A stretch of DNA of 64,000 nt from a bacterium (lineage in GTDB: Bacteria > Patescibacteriota > Saccharimonadia > UBA4664): positions 747,696 to 811,695 of the forward strand of contig CP064960.1 of the NCBI GenBank assembly GCA_016699105.1, written 5' to 3'. The notes below the pieces were generated by a model, which searched no databases, had not been told where the DNA came from, and was given only the letters and a program-made list of their open reading frames with translations. This document shows positions 21,131-30,209 of this stretch, one piece after another; position 1 is the stretch's first letter, and the number at the start of each line of letters is the position of its first letter. A program made the position numbers and the translations under genes.

Positions 21131-21802
21131 CCTTTTTGAACTCGATTGGGCTGTAAAGCGCTTGTGGCTGGTTGTACAATACAGCCCATTCTAGATCACC
21201 ATAAGAGAAGTGCCACCATTCACCATAGAAGGGTGCAAAGCCTTGTCTGGTCATGACGTCACAAAGAAGTTTGCGATTTCTTTGTCGCACATCGGATAAA
21301 CCGGAGCTGAAGGTTTGAATCTTGGGGTTAGTAAAGTCGGCAATTGCGGTGCCCATATCGAGTGCAGCACCTGACTCGTCGGCGAGCGTGAGATCGACTG
21401 CTCCGCCAGTGGGGTGTCCGGCAACAGCGGGCACGGCTACGTACATGTGAGTAGCCGCATCGAGCTCATCGTTAGACAACAGTGGACTCACTTGTTTGAG
21501 TAGTGCTCGCTGGTGGTCAAAGTACATTTGCTGAATATCGGGGTGCCTATAGCCGTATTCGATTTTTAATCGTAGTTTGCGCGATGCAAGGGTTTGGTTT
21601 ACGGCTGCCAATTTTTTGGCCACAGTCGTTCTGACGACGATAGTCTCTCCTGTATATGGGAGCATGTCAGTTTTGGCGTATTGAGCGATAATCGAGGGTC
21701 GTAGGATCGGACATCAATCATTTCATCTTGAATATCTTGCGAAGTGATTGGCATTAAATCCTGATATGAGACGATAGTTCGATTCTTGAGATTGAAGTTC
21801 AT
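21114..21802 (-). CDS. D-Ala-D-Ala dipeptidase (VanX/DdpX, peptidase M15D; apparent frameshift near 21690)
   Basis: The N-terminus (EMIDVRSYDP) is in one frame. The remainder (SIIAQYAKTDMLPYTGE...HPTGGAVDLTL...EWWHF) is in another. The junction lies at cgaccctcg. Confidence 0.7.
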
Positions 21803-21883
21803 GTTATTGGTTCCTATTTACTAATTGTTGGACGTAGCTGGGGTCGTAAATCGATTACGGCCCCAGCTACTGTTGCGCAGGGA

Positions 21884-22483
21884 TTACAGCTGGGCCAGCG
21901 CATCCACACAGCTACCGTGCAGGTAGATTCGCTTGGTGCTTTGAGACTGATTGACCTGGACTTGGTCGAGTGCCGACACATCCTGTGAGTTGGTGAGTTC
22001 GGTTGCGCCTAACTTCTGGTAGAGGTGTACCGAGTTTGAACCGACGGCTGCGGTCCTGAGCACATATTGTGTGCCGCCTATCTGCTGGATGATGGATAGC
22101 TGCTCACGGTTGAGGCGTCTACCAATTCCTCTCCTACGAAATGGCTCAAGCACACCGAGCTCGGACATATACCAGGTTGATGTGAAGTTGCCGGCGAATT
22201 CACTTGCAGTCTGCCTCTCACGCAGAAATACTTGGACATCACTAGGCGCATCAAACAGCGGTAGACAGCACCCGAAACCAATCACTCGTTGTGCCTGTAG
22301 TGCGAGAATCACAATGCCGCAGGTAATGTGTGGCTCCCAAATCTTGGTAAACACCTCCTCACTGCTGTAGCTCTCATAGTAAGGTGCTCCGCCAAAGGTA
22401 GATCGATAGGCGGCAATGAAGCCAGACTGAACTTTGAAGGACGTGTCGGCGTTGCCTCGTAGATACGAGACGTGTGTGGTCAC
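21884..22483 (-). CDS. GNAT-family N-acetyltransferase
   Basis: GVLEPFRRRGIGRRL acetyl-CoA motif. The GTG start overlaps the TGA of the upstream gene. Confidence 0.7.
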   Translation of the reverse strand: MTTHVSYLRGNADTSFKVQSGFIAAYRSTFGGAPYYESYSSEEVFTKIWEPHITCGIVILALQAQRVIGFGCCLPLFDAPSDVQVFLRERQTASEFAGNFTSTWYMSELGVLEPFRRRGIGRRLNREQLSIIQQIGGTQYVLRTAAVGSNSVHLYQKLGATELTNSQDVSALDQVQVNQSQSTKRIYLHGSCVDALAQL

Positions 22484-23240
22484 TGAACAACCTCCATTTC
22501 GCTGGCGAGGGTGATCCCGTTGCTGGTAAATCCAACCTGTATCGACTGTCCGGTGAGTTGGACAACGGATGTGGCTCCAGTTACATAGCCAGCGGCGATT
22601 GTGCCTGAGCCCATGACGTCTCATAGAAGAAGGTGTTGACGGCTCGCACCCACACCACTGGGTCTATATGAACCTCAGATTCCGTTTGACGACACCAGAT
22701 GACGCCAACGGCGTCGCGGCTGGCGAGACCGAACTGGGACATGATGCTCGCATGTGCCTGCTCGTAATCGGCCGGATCTTTCGGGAAAGCGGCCTCGACG
22801 ACGACATGTACAATGCCGCCGAGATCAACGATGGTGGCTGGGAACCTGTCCGGCAGGATGACTTGGCGCGCATTCACCGATAGCCCTGGGAATTCGCAGT
22901 GAACGAAAAAGCGGCTAGATGAACGTTGTTCGACGGTTGCATGTACTTTTCCACTGAACCCCGAAACGGTGAAGCTCAGGTTTTCTTGCTGAGTTCCTAT
23001 TTGTGATAGTAGGACGGCTGCGGATCGGGTGGCGTTTCCGCAGAATTCGCCGCCGGCCATTTCGAAGTGATTTTGGTTCAGCACGAGAAATCTGGCTTGC
23101 TCCGCACCTGCTAGCTCGAGCCTTTCGCCGAGAACGCGACCTTGCACTTCGTATTCTTCACGGGTGAGTGGGCGCTTGATGATCTTGATGGCTGTACCGT
23201 TACCACCGGCGGCGGTAATGAGTCTGATTTGGCCAGTCAT
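22480..23240 (-). CDS. DapF-family (diaminopimelate-epimerase fold) protein, apparent frameshift near 22600-22640
   Basis: The N-domain has GGNGTAI (compare GLGNDF) and EFCGNATRS (compare EMCGNGARC, first catalytic Cys). The C-terminal piece is in another frame: MGSGTIAAGYVTG...LTGQSIQVGFTSNGITLASE (compare ACGSGACAAVA). The second catalytic Cys is apparently not conserved. The dapE-like gene lies upstream. Confidence 0.55.
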
Positions 23241-23280
23241 TGCTTACTCCCTTGTGTTAGTTTGGCTTTTGCCTCATAGC

Positions 23281-23310
23281 AAAAGCCCCTCTCTCGACCG
23301 GAGAGGGGGC
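23281..23310 (-). terminator. intrinsic terminator hairpin (GCCCCCTCTCC-ggtcg-AGAGAGGGGC + UUUU)
   Basis: 10-bp GC-rich stem followed by a U4 tract on the minus strand, about 40 nt upstream of the dapF-like start codon. Confidence 0.5.
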
Positions 23311-23326
23311 TAACTTACTTTCATCA

Positions 23327-23356
23327 ATAAAACAAAATCAGGCCGCTCTCCAGCGG
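23327..23356 (-). terminator. intrinsic terminator-like hairpin (CCGCT-ggag-AGCGG + UGAUUUUGUUUU)
   Basis: 5-bp GC stem followed by a U-rich tract. It overlaps the 3' end of the His-rich small ORF. Confidence 0.4.
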
Positions 23357-23397
23357 AAATTTGAATGGTTATGAAGATGATGGAGTCGAACTATCAT
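23338..23397 (-). CDS. candidate leader peptide MIVRLHHLHNHSNFRWRAA (19 aa, 4 His)
   Basis: AGGA lies 6 nt upstream of the ATG. The ORF ends inside the terminator-like hairpin. It is too short to be confident. Confidence 0.2.
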   Translation of the reverse strand: MIVRLHHLHNHSNFRWRAA

Positions 23398-23464
23398 GTA
23401 GGTTCCTTATAATAAAAAATCCCTGAACGTGCATCACGAAGATGCTTGTCCAAGGAACGAGAGG

Positions 23465-23660
23465 AAATAAAAAGAGACCTCTCGCGGTCCCATCCTTGTT
23501 CGCAGGCTATCTCTAGCTTGCGCTCTCAGGCCGGCTCCGCTATTGCGACATCGGCTGCTTAATTTTACGGTTTGGCTTCCGTAGTGCATTTTGACACTCA
23601 GCTCGCGGATCGTGACTCCGCTTCATCGCCTAGGCGACACGCTTTATAGGGTATTTAATT
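23465..23660 (-). promoter_or_regulatory. T-box-like leader candidate (T-box motif + terminator/antiterminator)
   Basis: Minus strand AGGATGGGACCGCG matches 12 of 14 positions of the T-box consensus AGGGUGGNACCGCG. Its 3' half forms the 5' arm of a GGGACC/GGUCUC hairpin followed by UUUUUAUUU (23465-23491). The variable base is G. An upstream hairpin GCGGA-GUCACGA-UCCGC presents CAC in its loop. Confidence 0.3.
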
Positions 23661-23667
23661 TTGTTGA

Positions 23668-23696
23668 ACATTAGCATTATTTTAAATTTACGTCAA
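23668..23696 (-). promoter_or_regulatory. sigma-70-like promoter (TTGACG-17-TAATGT) for the leader
   Basis: The -35 and -10 hexamers have a 17-nt spacer, immediately downstream of the M20 peptidase stop. Confidence 0.35.
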
Positions 23697-23723
23697 GTAT
23701 GTAATTAGGCGATTTGGGAATCT

Positions 23724-24896
23724 TTAGTCTAAATCTACCACTTCTCCAGCTAACCTCGAGAGCAAAGTTAGAAGCGTATTGATTGAATCTGTTAGCGCGT
23801 ATTCATTGGCAGAATGAAAGTTGGCTCCAAACGGTCCATAGCCGGTAATGGTTGGGATTCCGCGAGATATGAGCATATAACTTTCATTGGCCGGACCGGA
23901 CCCCTTGAGAGACGAGTCAACACCAAAGAGTTCTTTGTTTAGCTTTAAGGCTCGTTTCACGATATCGGAGTTCGGATCAGTGAGCACTCCGGGCAGATTA
24001 TTCTTGACCTCAATAGTAAACGTACGCCTGCCATCCGAAAGCCGTTTTGTTAGCTCGGTAGTTTCACTGATTACTTCAGCGTTGCGATGCTCAGGCAAAA
24101 GTCGAATATCAAGGAGAACCTTAGCTCTGTCAGGAACGATCGACTCGCCGGCACCCCCTTCGATCAACGTAGGCGTAAGTACCGAGCGATACCCGGGAAA
24201 ATACTTGTTCTCTCCTGGAAGGGCGAATTCACGTAACTCGCTCAGTAGATCAATGAGCCCGTCGATGGCGTTGCTGCCGCGCTTCTTGTCTTGCCACTCT
24301 TTTGATCCGGAATGAATGCTTTCACCGTGACAAGTGACCCATAGACGAACAAGTCCACGGTGACCAATTGTGAGGTGTGATCCATCGGCGTTTCCACCAT
24401 AGGTATAGACGGCGGTACGGGCATTGAGCCCCTCATCAAGTAAATAACGCAGCCCTAATGTTGAATCAGCTCCAGACTCCTCGTCGGCAACACCAACAAA
24501 TTTTGCAGTATGCAGCTTGCCGGCATCTTTGAGCAGCTTGAGGGCATATAAGCTCATGGCGATTCCGCCCTTACAATCTATGGCACCACGGCCATAAAGG
24601 CGCTCGTTTTCGAGGATGCCGCTGAAAGGCGGATGGGTCCAAGCCGAGGTTTCGCCGACTGGTACTGTATCGAGATGGGCTCCCCGCAAAACCTCGTTTG
24701 TACCCTTAAAGTCCTCACCAACAAAAATATTTGGACGGTTGTTATCTTTTGCAATCACGCGATGCGGTAAGCCCAGCTTTGATGCCTCCGCACGAATTAC
24801 CTCTACAACAGCTGCCTCACCATTTTTTCCATTAACAGAGGGTGTTTGAATTAGCTTCTGAAGAAATGCTACTACATCGTTATGATAAGTTTTCAT
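23724..24896 (-). CDS. M20-family metallopeptidase (ArgE/DapE-like deacylase)
   Basis: GRGAIDCKGGIA metal-binding motif and HSGSKEW. The start is taken at MKTYHNDV. Confidence 0.75.
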   Translation of the reverse strand: MKTYHNDVVAFLQKLIQTPSVNGKNGEAAVVEVIRAEASKLGLPHRVIAKDNNRPNIFVGEDFKGTNEVLRGAHLDTVPVGETSAWTHPPFSGILENERLYGRGAIDCKGGIAMSLYALKLLKDAGKLHTAKFVGVADEESGADSTLGLRYLLDEGLNARTAVYTYGGNADGSHLTIGHRGLVRLWVTCHGESIHSGSKEWQDKKRGSNAIDGLIDLLSELREFALPGENKYFPGYRSVLTPTLIEGGAGESIVPDRAKVLLDIRLLPEHRNAEVISETTELTKRLSDGRRTFTIEVKNNLPGVLTDPNSDIVKRALKLNKELFGVDSSLKGSGPANESYMLISRGIPTITGYGPFGANFHSANEYALTDSINTLLTLLSRLAGEVVDLD

Positions 24897-24942
24897 GTTT
24901 GTATTATAGCAATATCGCGTAAAGCCCTTTGAGATGAAAGAA

Positions 24943-24966
24943 CAAAAAGAGGCTTCGGATAGCCTC
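24943..24966 (-). terminator. intrinsic terminator (GAGGCU-AUCCGA-AGCCUC + U5), copy D of a repeated element
   Basis: The hairpin plus T-run is read on the minus strand, downstream of the NYN gene. Confidence 0.5.
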
Positions 24967-25000
24967 AATTTGGTTACAATTCTTTGGTTGGGGAGAACGT
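24943..25000 (-). repeat. degenerate copy (D) of the tRNA-Gln 3' end + terminator segment (att-like)
   Basis: aaaaagaggcttcggatagcctcaattt...tggttggggagaacg aligns with the copies at 30584 and 31412. Confidence 0.45.
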
Positions 25001-25094
25001 ACCTTGAGTTGTACTTATTATAAAATAATTACGTATTATTGACAAATAATATAATCATTTGCTACAATATTCGTATCACCATGACCGGATAGGC

Positions 25095-25622
25095 CTAAGG
25101 TTTAGACCGACCGCCGATGCCGGTCTTTTGATATTCCAAGGACGACTTTAGCTGGCTGATCTCCACAATATATTTTGAGTACGGTCGCAACAGCTTAGAA
25201 TATTTACTATTGGGTGTGATAATGTGGAGCAGCTTGTTATTTTCCTCGAGGAACTGTATGAGGCATGTGAAATCTCCATCACCGCTCATGATAATGGCTT
25301 TTTCGTAATTAGCATACTCAACCGCAGCAGCATATAGCACAAGCTCAGCATCAACGTTACCTTTTACTGTCTCTTTACCGTTCTCGAAGTAGCGCACAGT
25401 AGGCTTAAAGATCAGTATAAAACCGGCTGCTTGTAATTGTGTGTAAAGCTTTTGGTTATTGGCGACAAGACCGATGAACATGAAAGCACGATCAACGTTA
25501 TATTTGTTTTTAAGGTAGAGGCGGAGCTTTTTGTAATCAACTTGCCATCCCATAGTGCGCACGCCAAGGTTCAGGTTTTGACTATCGATAAAGGCGTAAT
25601 TACTCATCTGCTCCCTCTTCAT
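25095..25622 (-). CDS. NYN-domain (LabA-like, PIN-like) protein
   Basis: YAFIDSQNLNLGVRTMGWQVDY...KGNVDAELV...IIMSGDGDF. Confidence 0.7.
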   Translation of the reverse strand: MKREQMSNYAFIDSQNLNLGVRTMGWQVDYKKLRLYLKNKYNVDRAFMFIGLVANNQKLYTQLQAAGFILIFKPTVRYFENGKETVKGNVDAELVLYAAAVEYANYEKAIIMSGDGDFTCLIQFLEENNKLLHIITPNSKYSKLLRPYSKYIVEISQLKSSLEYQKTGIGGRSKP

Positions 25623-25896
25623 TCATAGACTTACTATACGCGGTTACCGCGTCATCAAGGTCTTTTAGTTTTTGGCCGAATTGCCCAAAGGCAAATGCCG
25701 AGGCAAGAGCCTGAGGATAGCTCACCATCATACCTGAAGGTAGCTTAACAGAGAGGTAGCCTGCTGGATCTGTAGGTTCAATGTTACTTCTAGTCTGTAA
25801 GTGCTTATGTTCGGTAGAATCTGTAGATATATCAGTAGCATGCGTTGAAGTGGATACTATAGCGACATCAGCACTCAAGATGCCATTACCCTTCAA
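25600..25896 (-). CDS. hypothetical protein
   Basis: ORF only, 98 aa. It may be continuous with the upstream ORF if a frameshift is present. Confidence 0.3.
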   Translation of the reverse strand: MKGNGILSADVAIVSTSTHATDISTDSTEHKHLQTRSNIEPTDPAGYLSVKLPSGMMVSYPQALASAFAFGQFGQKLKDLDDAVTAYSKSMNEEGADE

Positions 25897-25932
25897 AAGT
25901 CTGCGGTTTCCATGGTATTTCGAAAATCCGAT

Positions 25933-26358
25933 CTACATCGGCTGCTGCTTTTGCTGAATGCCAAATTCTTGAATAAGACGGTTTGTAAACTGACGTGGAA
26001 TTACCTGCCCCTTTAAGGCACTGTAGATCTCCATAAATAGAGAAGGCGATAACGCTGCGTTGCGTATAGCATCTTCTTTGTCTACATCGGCTAAGGGCAA
26101 TAAGTATTTCTTGGCAATTTGAGACAAAGAATACTGATCCTTTTCTCGGTTTAGCAACCCATAGTGTACAAGAGCCGCCACGGCACGCGCCGATGCGCCA
26201 TTCAGCGAACTATAGCCCATACCTACTGCAATACTCTCACGATTATACTGACCGTTGAGTCCTAGAGTCTCGCTTATGCTGACTATTCGGTTTAGTGCCT
26301 CTTCCAAAGCCATAACGGGATAAGCTCGACTGCGTTCTTTTTTGCTACTTTCTGCCAT
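25933..26358 (-). CDS. hypothetical protein with putative winged-helix segment
   Basis: LNGASARAVAALVHYGLLNRE resembles a wHTH recognition helix. Confidence 0.35.
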   Translation of the reverse strand: MAESSKKERSRAYPVMALEEALNRIVSISETLGLNGQYNRESIAVGMGYSSLNGASARAVAALVHYGLLNREKDQYSLSQIAKKYLLPLADVDKEDAIRNAALSPSLFMEIYSALKGQVIPRQFTNRLIQEFGIQQKQQPM

Positions 26359-26642
26359 ACTATTTTCCCCTCACTTAATTTAACTCTAATTATGGACACT
26401 TGGTTAGTCTAAGTCAATATCATTTAGACTAAGTAGACGTAAAATGCCCACCTAACAGATAGAATTAAATTAGTCTTCAACGTACGGATTATGTTAAGTG
26501 TCTTTACTCTATATCTAAGTAGGGATACGGGATTCGGATTTTTCTATACTGTTCTAATTGGCAGTTACTATTCCAAATATACATATGCAAATCGTAAACC
26601 CCGCCCGAGAGAGAGGCGCAGTTTACGATACTAGCTCCTTTC

Positions 26643-28065
26643 TCAGGCGGGGATAAATCCGTAGGCATCAGCCATGTCGGCGGCTTCAGCAACAAGTGTT
26701 CTGAGTTCCTCGACCGACAGCGGTGGACGCTGCAGGCAGACGGGCCATTCGGCATTGACTGTGGCGATTCCTGCATTCAGAATTTCGGCCCATTGTGGGT
26801 TGCCGATCGTCACTTCGGCGATATGGCTTTGAGCCATGAGGGCCTCGTAGTTTGCCAGTTCTTCCTTAAACGACGGGTACCACTTCGATAGCGGTTTGCA
26901 TGTGCCAGCTATGCAGACGGTTGGGTCTATACGGCGCAGTTTGAGTGCCGGTAGACCCACGCGCAGAGTATGTCCTTCAATTGACAGGCCTTCTTCTACC
27001 TTCCCTTCAACTAGGATGAGTCTTAAGGTGTGGTGTCGTGATGGCAGCGGCCGCCATTGCTGATGTCTCTCGCCCTTTAGGGCTGCTTCGATCCGATCAT
27101 GACGTTCGTACCAGCCTGGACCGCGTTCATACGCCGAAATCTCGCGCATGAGCCAATCCAATACCGACCCGTAGGCATCATTTTCGGCCATGTTGAGCTG
27201 TTGGGTTGGGTCGGAGCACATCATCAGATCAAGTGGATTTCTATTCCACCAGACGCGACTCCTGCCTGCACCGCTGACGAATACCTGTTTGGTTTTCTCA
27301 ACCATCAGTGCCAGAAGCAGTAGCTGCACGGGGTCGCACAGGTGCTCAGCGAACACCTGCATGAAGCCCCGGGCTAGTACCAACGCTTTCTGGACGTCTG
27401 TCATCACGAGGTCCGAGCCATTGAGGGCAAAGTCCTTGTGAGATAGGTGCTGTAGCAGCGGATGTGACATCATGCGTTTCATCTGCCGCAGGCCGTAGTC
27501 TAATCTGTCAACGCACAGCTTGGGTTGGCTATCTTCGATCCAGTCGTTGAGGCTGGGAAAGATGACCTCGTCTGGGTCAATGCCGTACTTTCTGAGTAAG
27601 TCGCAAATTCCGACTTGCTCGAGATACTGGCGCAGACGGGCGTCATGGTTGTTCTGCATGCCTGCCATGCTCTGCGCGATGAAATCGCCTAGGTGCGAGC
27701 CGGTGGTGTGTCCGAGGTCTGACACGAATGTGCGCAGGGCCAGAATGAGCGTGTCGCGCTCGCTGAGGCCATGCAGTTCGGCCATGCGGTAAACGAACAC
27801 GGCACTGCCCCAGGCATGCTCCAGCGGGAAAGAAATGCCCGGTGCCGGGAACGGGTGTGTAGTGCGGAGGCAACGTCAGCTGCTCGACAGCTTTGTGCCG
27901 CCTGACGGCTGGGTGACGAGCCAGGTCCGCCCAAATGGGATGCTCGAATGTATACCGACCCCAGGTCGGGTCGTCGACGGTGAATGTACCGTCAGCCTCG
28001 AACCAAGACTGAAACACGCGCGTCGGACCAACTACCGGAGCGGTTGGCCAAGTGAATGCGTCCAT
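26643..28065 (-). CDS. HD-domain phosphohydrolase of the dGTPase/SAMHD1-like family (apparent frameshift near 27840)
   Basis: ISFPLEHAWGSAVFVYRMAEL (compare TRxEHSLGVAxLA) and VSDLGHTTGSH (compare HDxGHxPFSH) are joined to the upstream frame at ccggg. DRLDYGLRQ matches the D-x-LDY-x-RD motif. About 470 aa. Confidence 0.65.
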
Positions 28066-28187
28066 TCCTGCTCCTCTCGGTTCAGTTGGCAAAGGAACGA
28101 TGAAGCGGTTGCCTCACGTGGCGGGATTGTAGCACATCGCTTGCAATTGGAACAGAAAGGTTATAAGGAGTTTGTTATACTCATGCT

Positions 28188-28394
28188 ATGAAATATATGG
28201 CTTTAGCAGCAGCTGGTTTTCTTTTTCTGAGCGGACTCGGAAACATTTTAATAATATCTATGAAGTTGGACGGGTATGATCTATCGATTAGCGCCATAGT
28301 TGCGGCTGCAACTATCGGATTGGGGTTAGTTGCTCTGTGGGTCGGTTTAAGCAAAAGAGTCACTAGTGCAATACCTAACTTTATAAGACCCTGA
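28188..28394 (+). CDS. small two-TM membrane protein (68 aa)
   Basis: AAGGAG lies upstream. Two hydrophobic helices. Confidence 0.35.
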   Translation: MKYMALAAAGFLFLSGLGNILIISMKLDGYDLSISAIVAAATIGLGLVALWVGLSKRVTSAIPNFIRP

Positions 28395-28887
28395 ATCTAT
28401 TAAGTACAATGAAGCTGATACAAGCGGTTTGTCGGGTGTTCGATGAAGATCAAATCGTTCAGGATACCCGCAGTGAGCACTGCTGACTGCCGAATCTAAT
28501 CTAAGCTAATGCGCTTTTGAAGGCTCTAGTTTTCGTAGGAGTAAATAGAGTATCGGTAAAACACCAATACTACTAACGATCATAAGAGTGATAAACCATC
28601 TTTGATCATTATATTTTGCAGCCTTCAGAGGCAAAGCCTTTCCACACCAATTCCCACACGTAGTGCTAGTGCCAACAAAGTGGCTTGAGTGGTTGTTAAG
28701 TTTATCTCCATTTTGACCTCTAATCTGAGACTAATTATACTCCTTAACTAGCTTCATGGAGCAATGAATGCGTCATATCTCTCTGACCAAGTTCCAAACC
28801 AAGAATCACACTTGTGGAGGTGCTTTATCTTCGCAAACTGTGGCTGGCGGAAATGTGGGCGGTTCGAGAGTTATTTGACAACGGTCG

Positions 28888-29930
28888 TTAAATGGCGTAG
28901 TTTTCGGCTGCAAATTGCGCCTGATCTGCAAATACCTGCTTGGCATTACCAAGAATGCCAAGTTCATAGAACGCTAAGATAGCCAATTTATAGCTCGTGA
29001 TATCGATTGCACGCAGGGACAAGGGAAATGAATCGTGGGCATACAGAATGGCATTTGCAAGAATGCGGCCGGTTCGCTTGTTGCCATCGTTAAACGGCTG
29101 GAGGTAACAAATGTACGTGAAGGCCAGGAGAGCTTTTTCATAGACAATCTGCTTGGAGTTGATGACTTCGCAAAGATGTTTTAGCTCATCTTCAATCTGA
29201 TATTTGTTATCGAGCGGTTTGTATACCGTGCCCGTAATGCCCACTAATCGTTCCCGGATGCCATGGTCAAAGAGGCCTTCGGCGAGAAATTTATGGAGAT
29301 CCACGATAGTTTCTGGGCGAATATCTTCCGCGAATAGATCTTGATTTGCTGCGCCAAAATCTAAAGCTTTTTGTGATTAAGTACCATGGTGGTCTCTTCC
29401 GGTGTTTTGCCTTTAGCCGGAATGCCGTCCTTGAGGAGCGTCTCGGTTTCCAAGAGCGAATAGGTATTGCCTTCAAATTGTGACGACTTCCACGACAGTT
29501 CGATCGTGATACGCTCTCGTTCGCGGCGAATGATGTCAGGCGAGGCAGTTTGAAGCTTTTGCTGGAATACGCTGTTGTAGCCGTCTAGCAGGAGTAACTC
29601 TGGCGGAGCGAACAAAGCCGATTGCCGGAGACTCTCAAGACGATCAAAATCATACTGAAGGGTCGGACGATCCTCGTTTGCAAGAAATGTTTCAAGTTGG
29701 CTCTCCGAAAGCGCAAGGTTGATTTTTCCTTTAGGCACGACAGTGTATGAAATGGCCCTGGCTTCACCTTGCCGACTTACAATACCTAATTCAATGAGTT
29801 CGTTAAGGTCGCGCTGTAAGGTGCGTTCTGTTATCTCAGCGAAACCTGATAGTCGAATGAGTTGCGGAAGTGTATTGTTCCCCGCGAGGAGCGCTACCAC
29901 GATCTGTTGCTGACGACTTGAGACTTTCAT
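28888..29930 (-). CDS. Fic-family protein with N-terminal wHTH (apparent frameshift at the T5/A5 run 29368-29372)
   Basis: HPFxDGNKRTGR motif (QPFNDGNKRTGR). The N-terminal wHTH and the ELSWKSSQFEGNTYSLLETETLL motif are in the upstream frame. They rejoin as ...NHKKALDFGAANQ if the A5 run is read as A6. Confidence 0.75.
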
Positions 29931-29946
29931 GCCCTTAGTTTATCAG

Positions 29947-29988
29947 AATCCCGACAAATTATACGAAGTATTGCGACATTTGTCGGGA
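29947..29988. promoter_or_regulatory. perfect 12-bp inverted repeat ATCCCGACAAAT-N18-ATTTGTCGGGAT overlapping the Fic promoter (candidate operator)
   Basis: The palindrome brackets a TATAAT -10 element on the minus strand, about 30 nt upstream of the Fic ATG. Confidence 0.45.
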
Positions 29989-30109
29989 TACTTACATCTG
30001 AGATTTTTCTAACTCAATAATGGCTTAGAGAAGGTAATGAATGAACATAGAAAGATACCGACCCAAAATCGGATTGTTAATTTGGTTCTGTCATGAGCTA
30101 ATAATTCCT

Positions 30110-30147
30110 TGGCTGGGGCGGCAGTTCTGGAACCAAACTTATGAGGG
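30110..30147 (-). repeat. degenerate copy (C) of the tRNA-Gln 3' end (tggctggggcggcag...)
   Basis: The first 15 nt match the tRNA-Gln acceptor/T-stem 3' end with 2 mismatches. Confidence 0.4.
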
Positions 30148-30209
30148 TGATCCGGTGGTAGTGGTCGATGAAATCCGTGAACTGCTTAACGAAAACGAAT
30201 TAGATGGGA

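Noticed and set aside
23241-23723. tmRNA (ssrA) or RNase P RNA in the 480-bp intergenic region (GGAGTCGAAC and a GCT GCT TAA tag-like frame seen)
   Set aside because: No pairing 5'/3' acceptor ends. No GGTTCGANTCC T-arm followed by CCA. No RNase P P4 motifs. The T-box-like cis-regulatory interpretation fits better.
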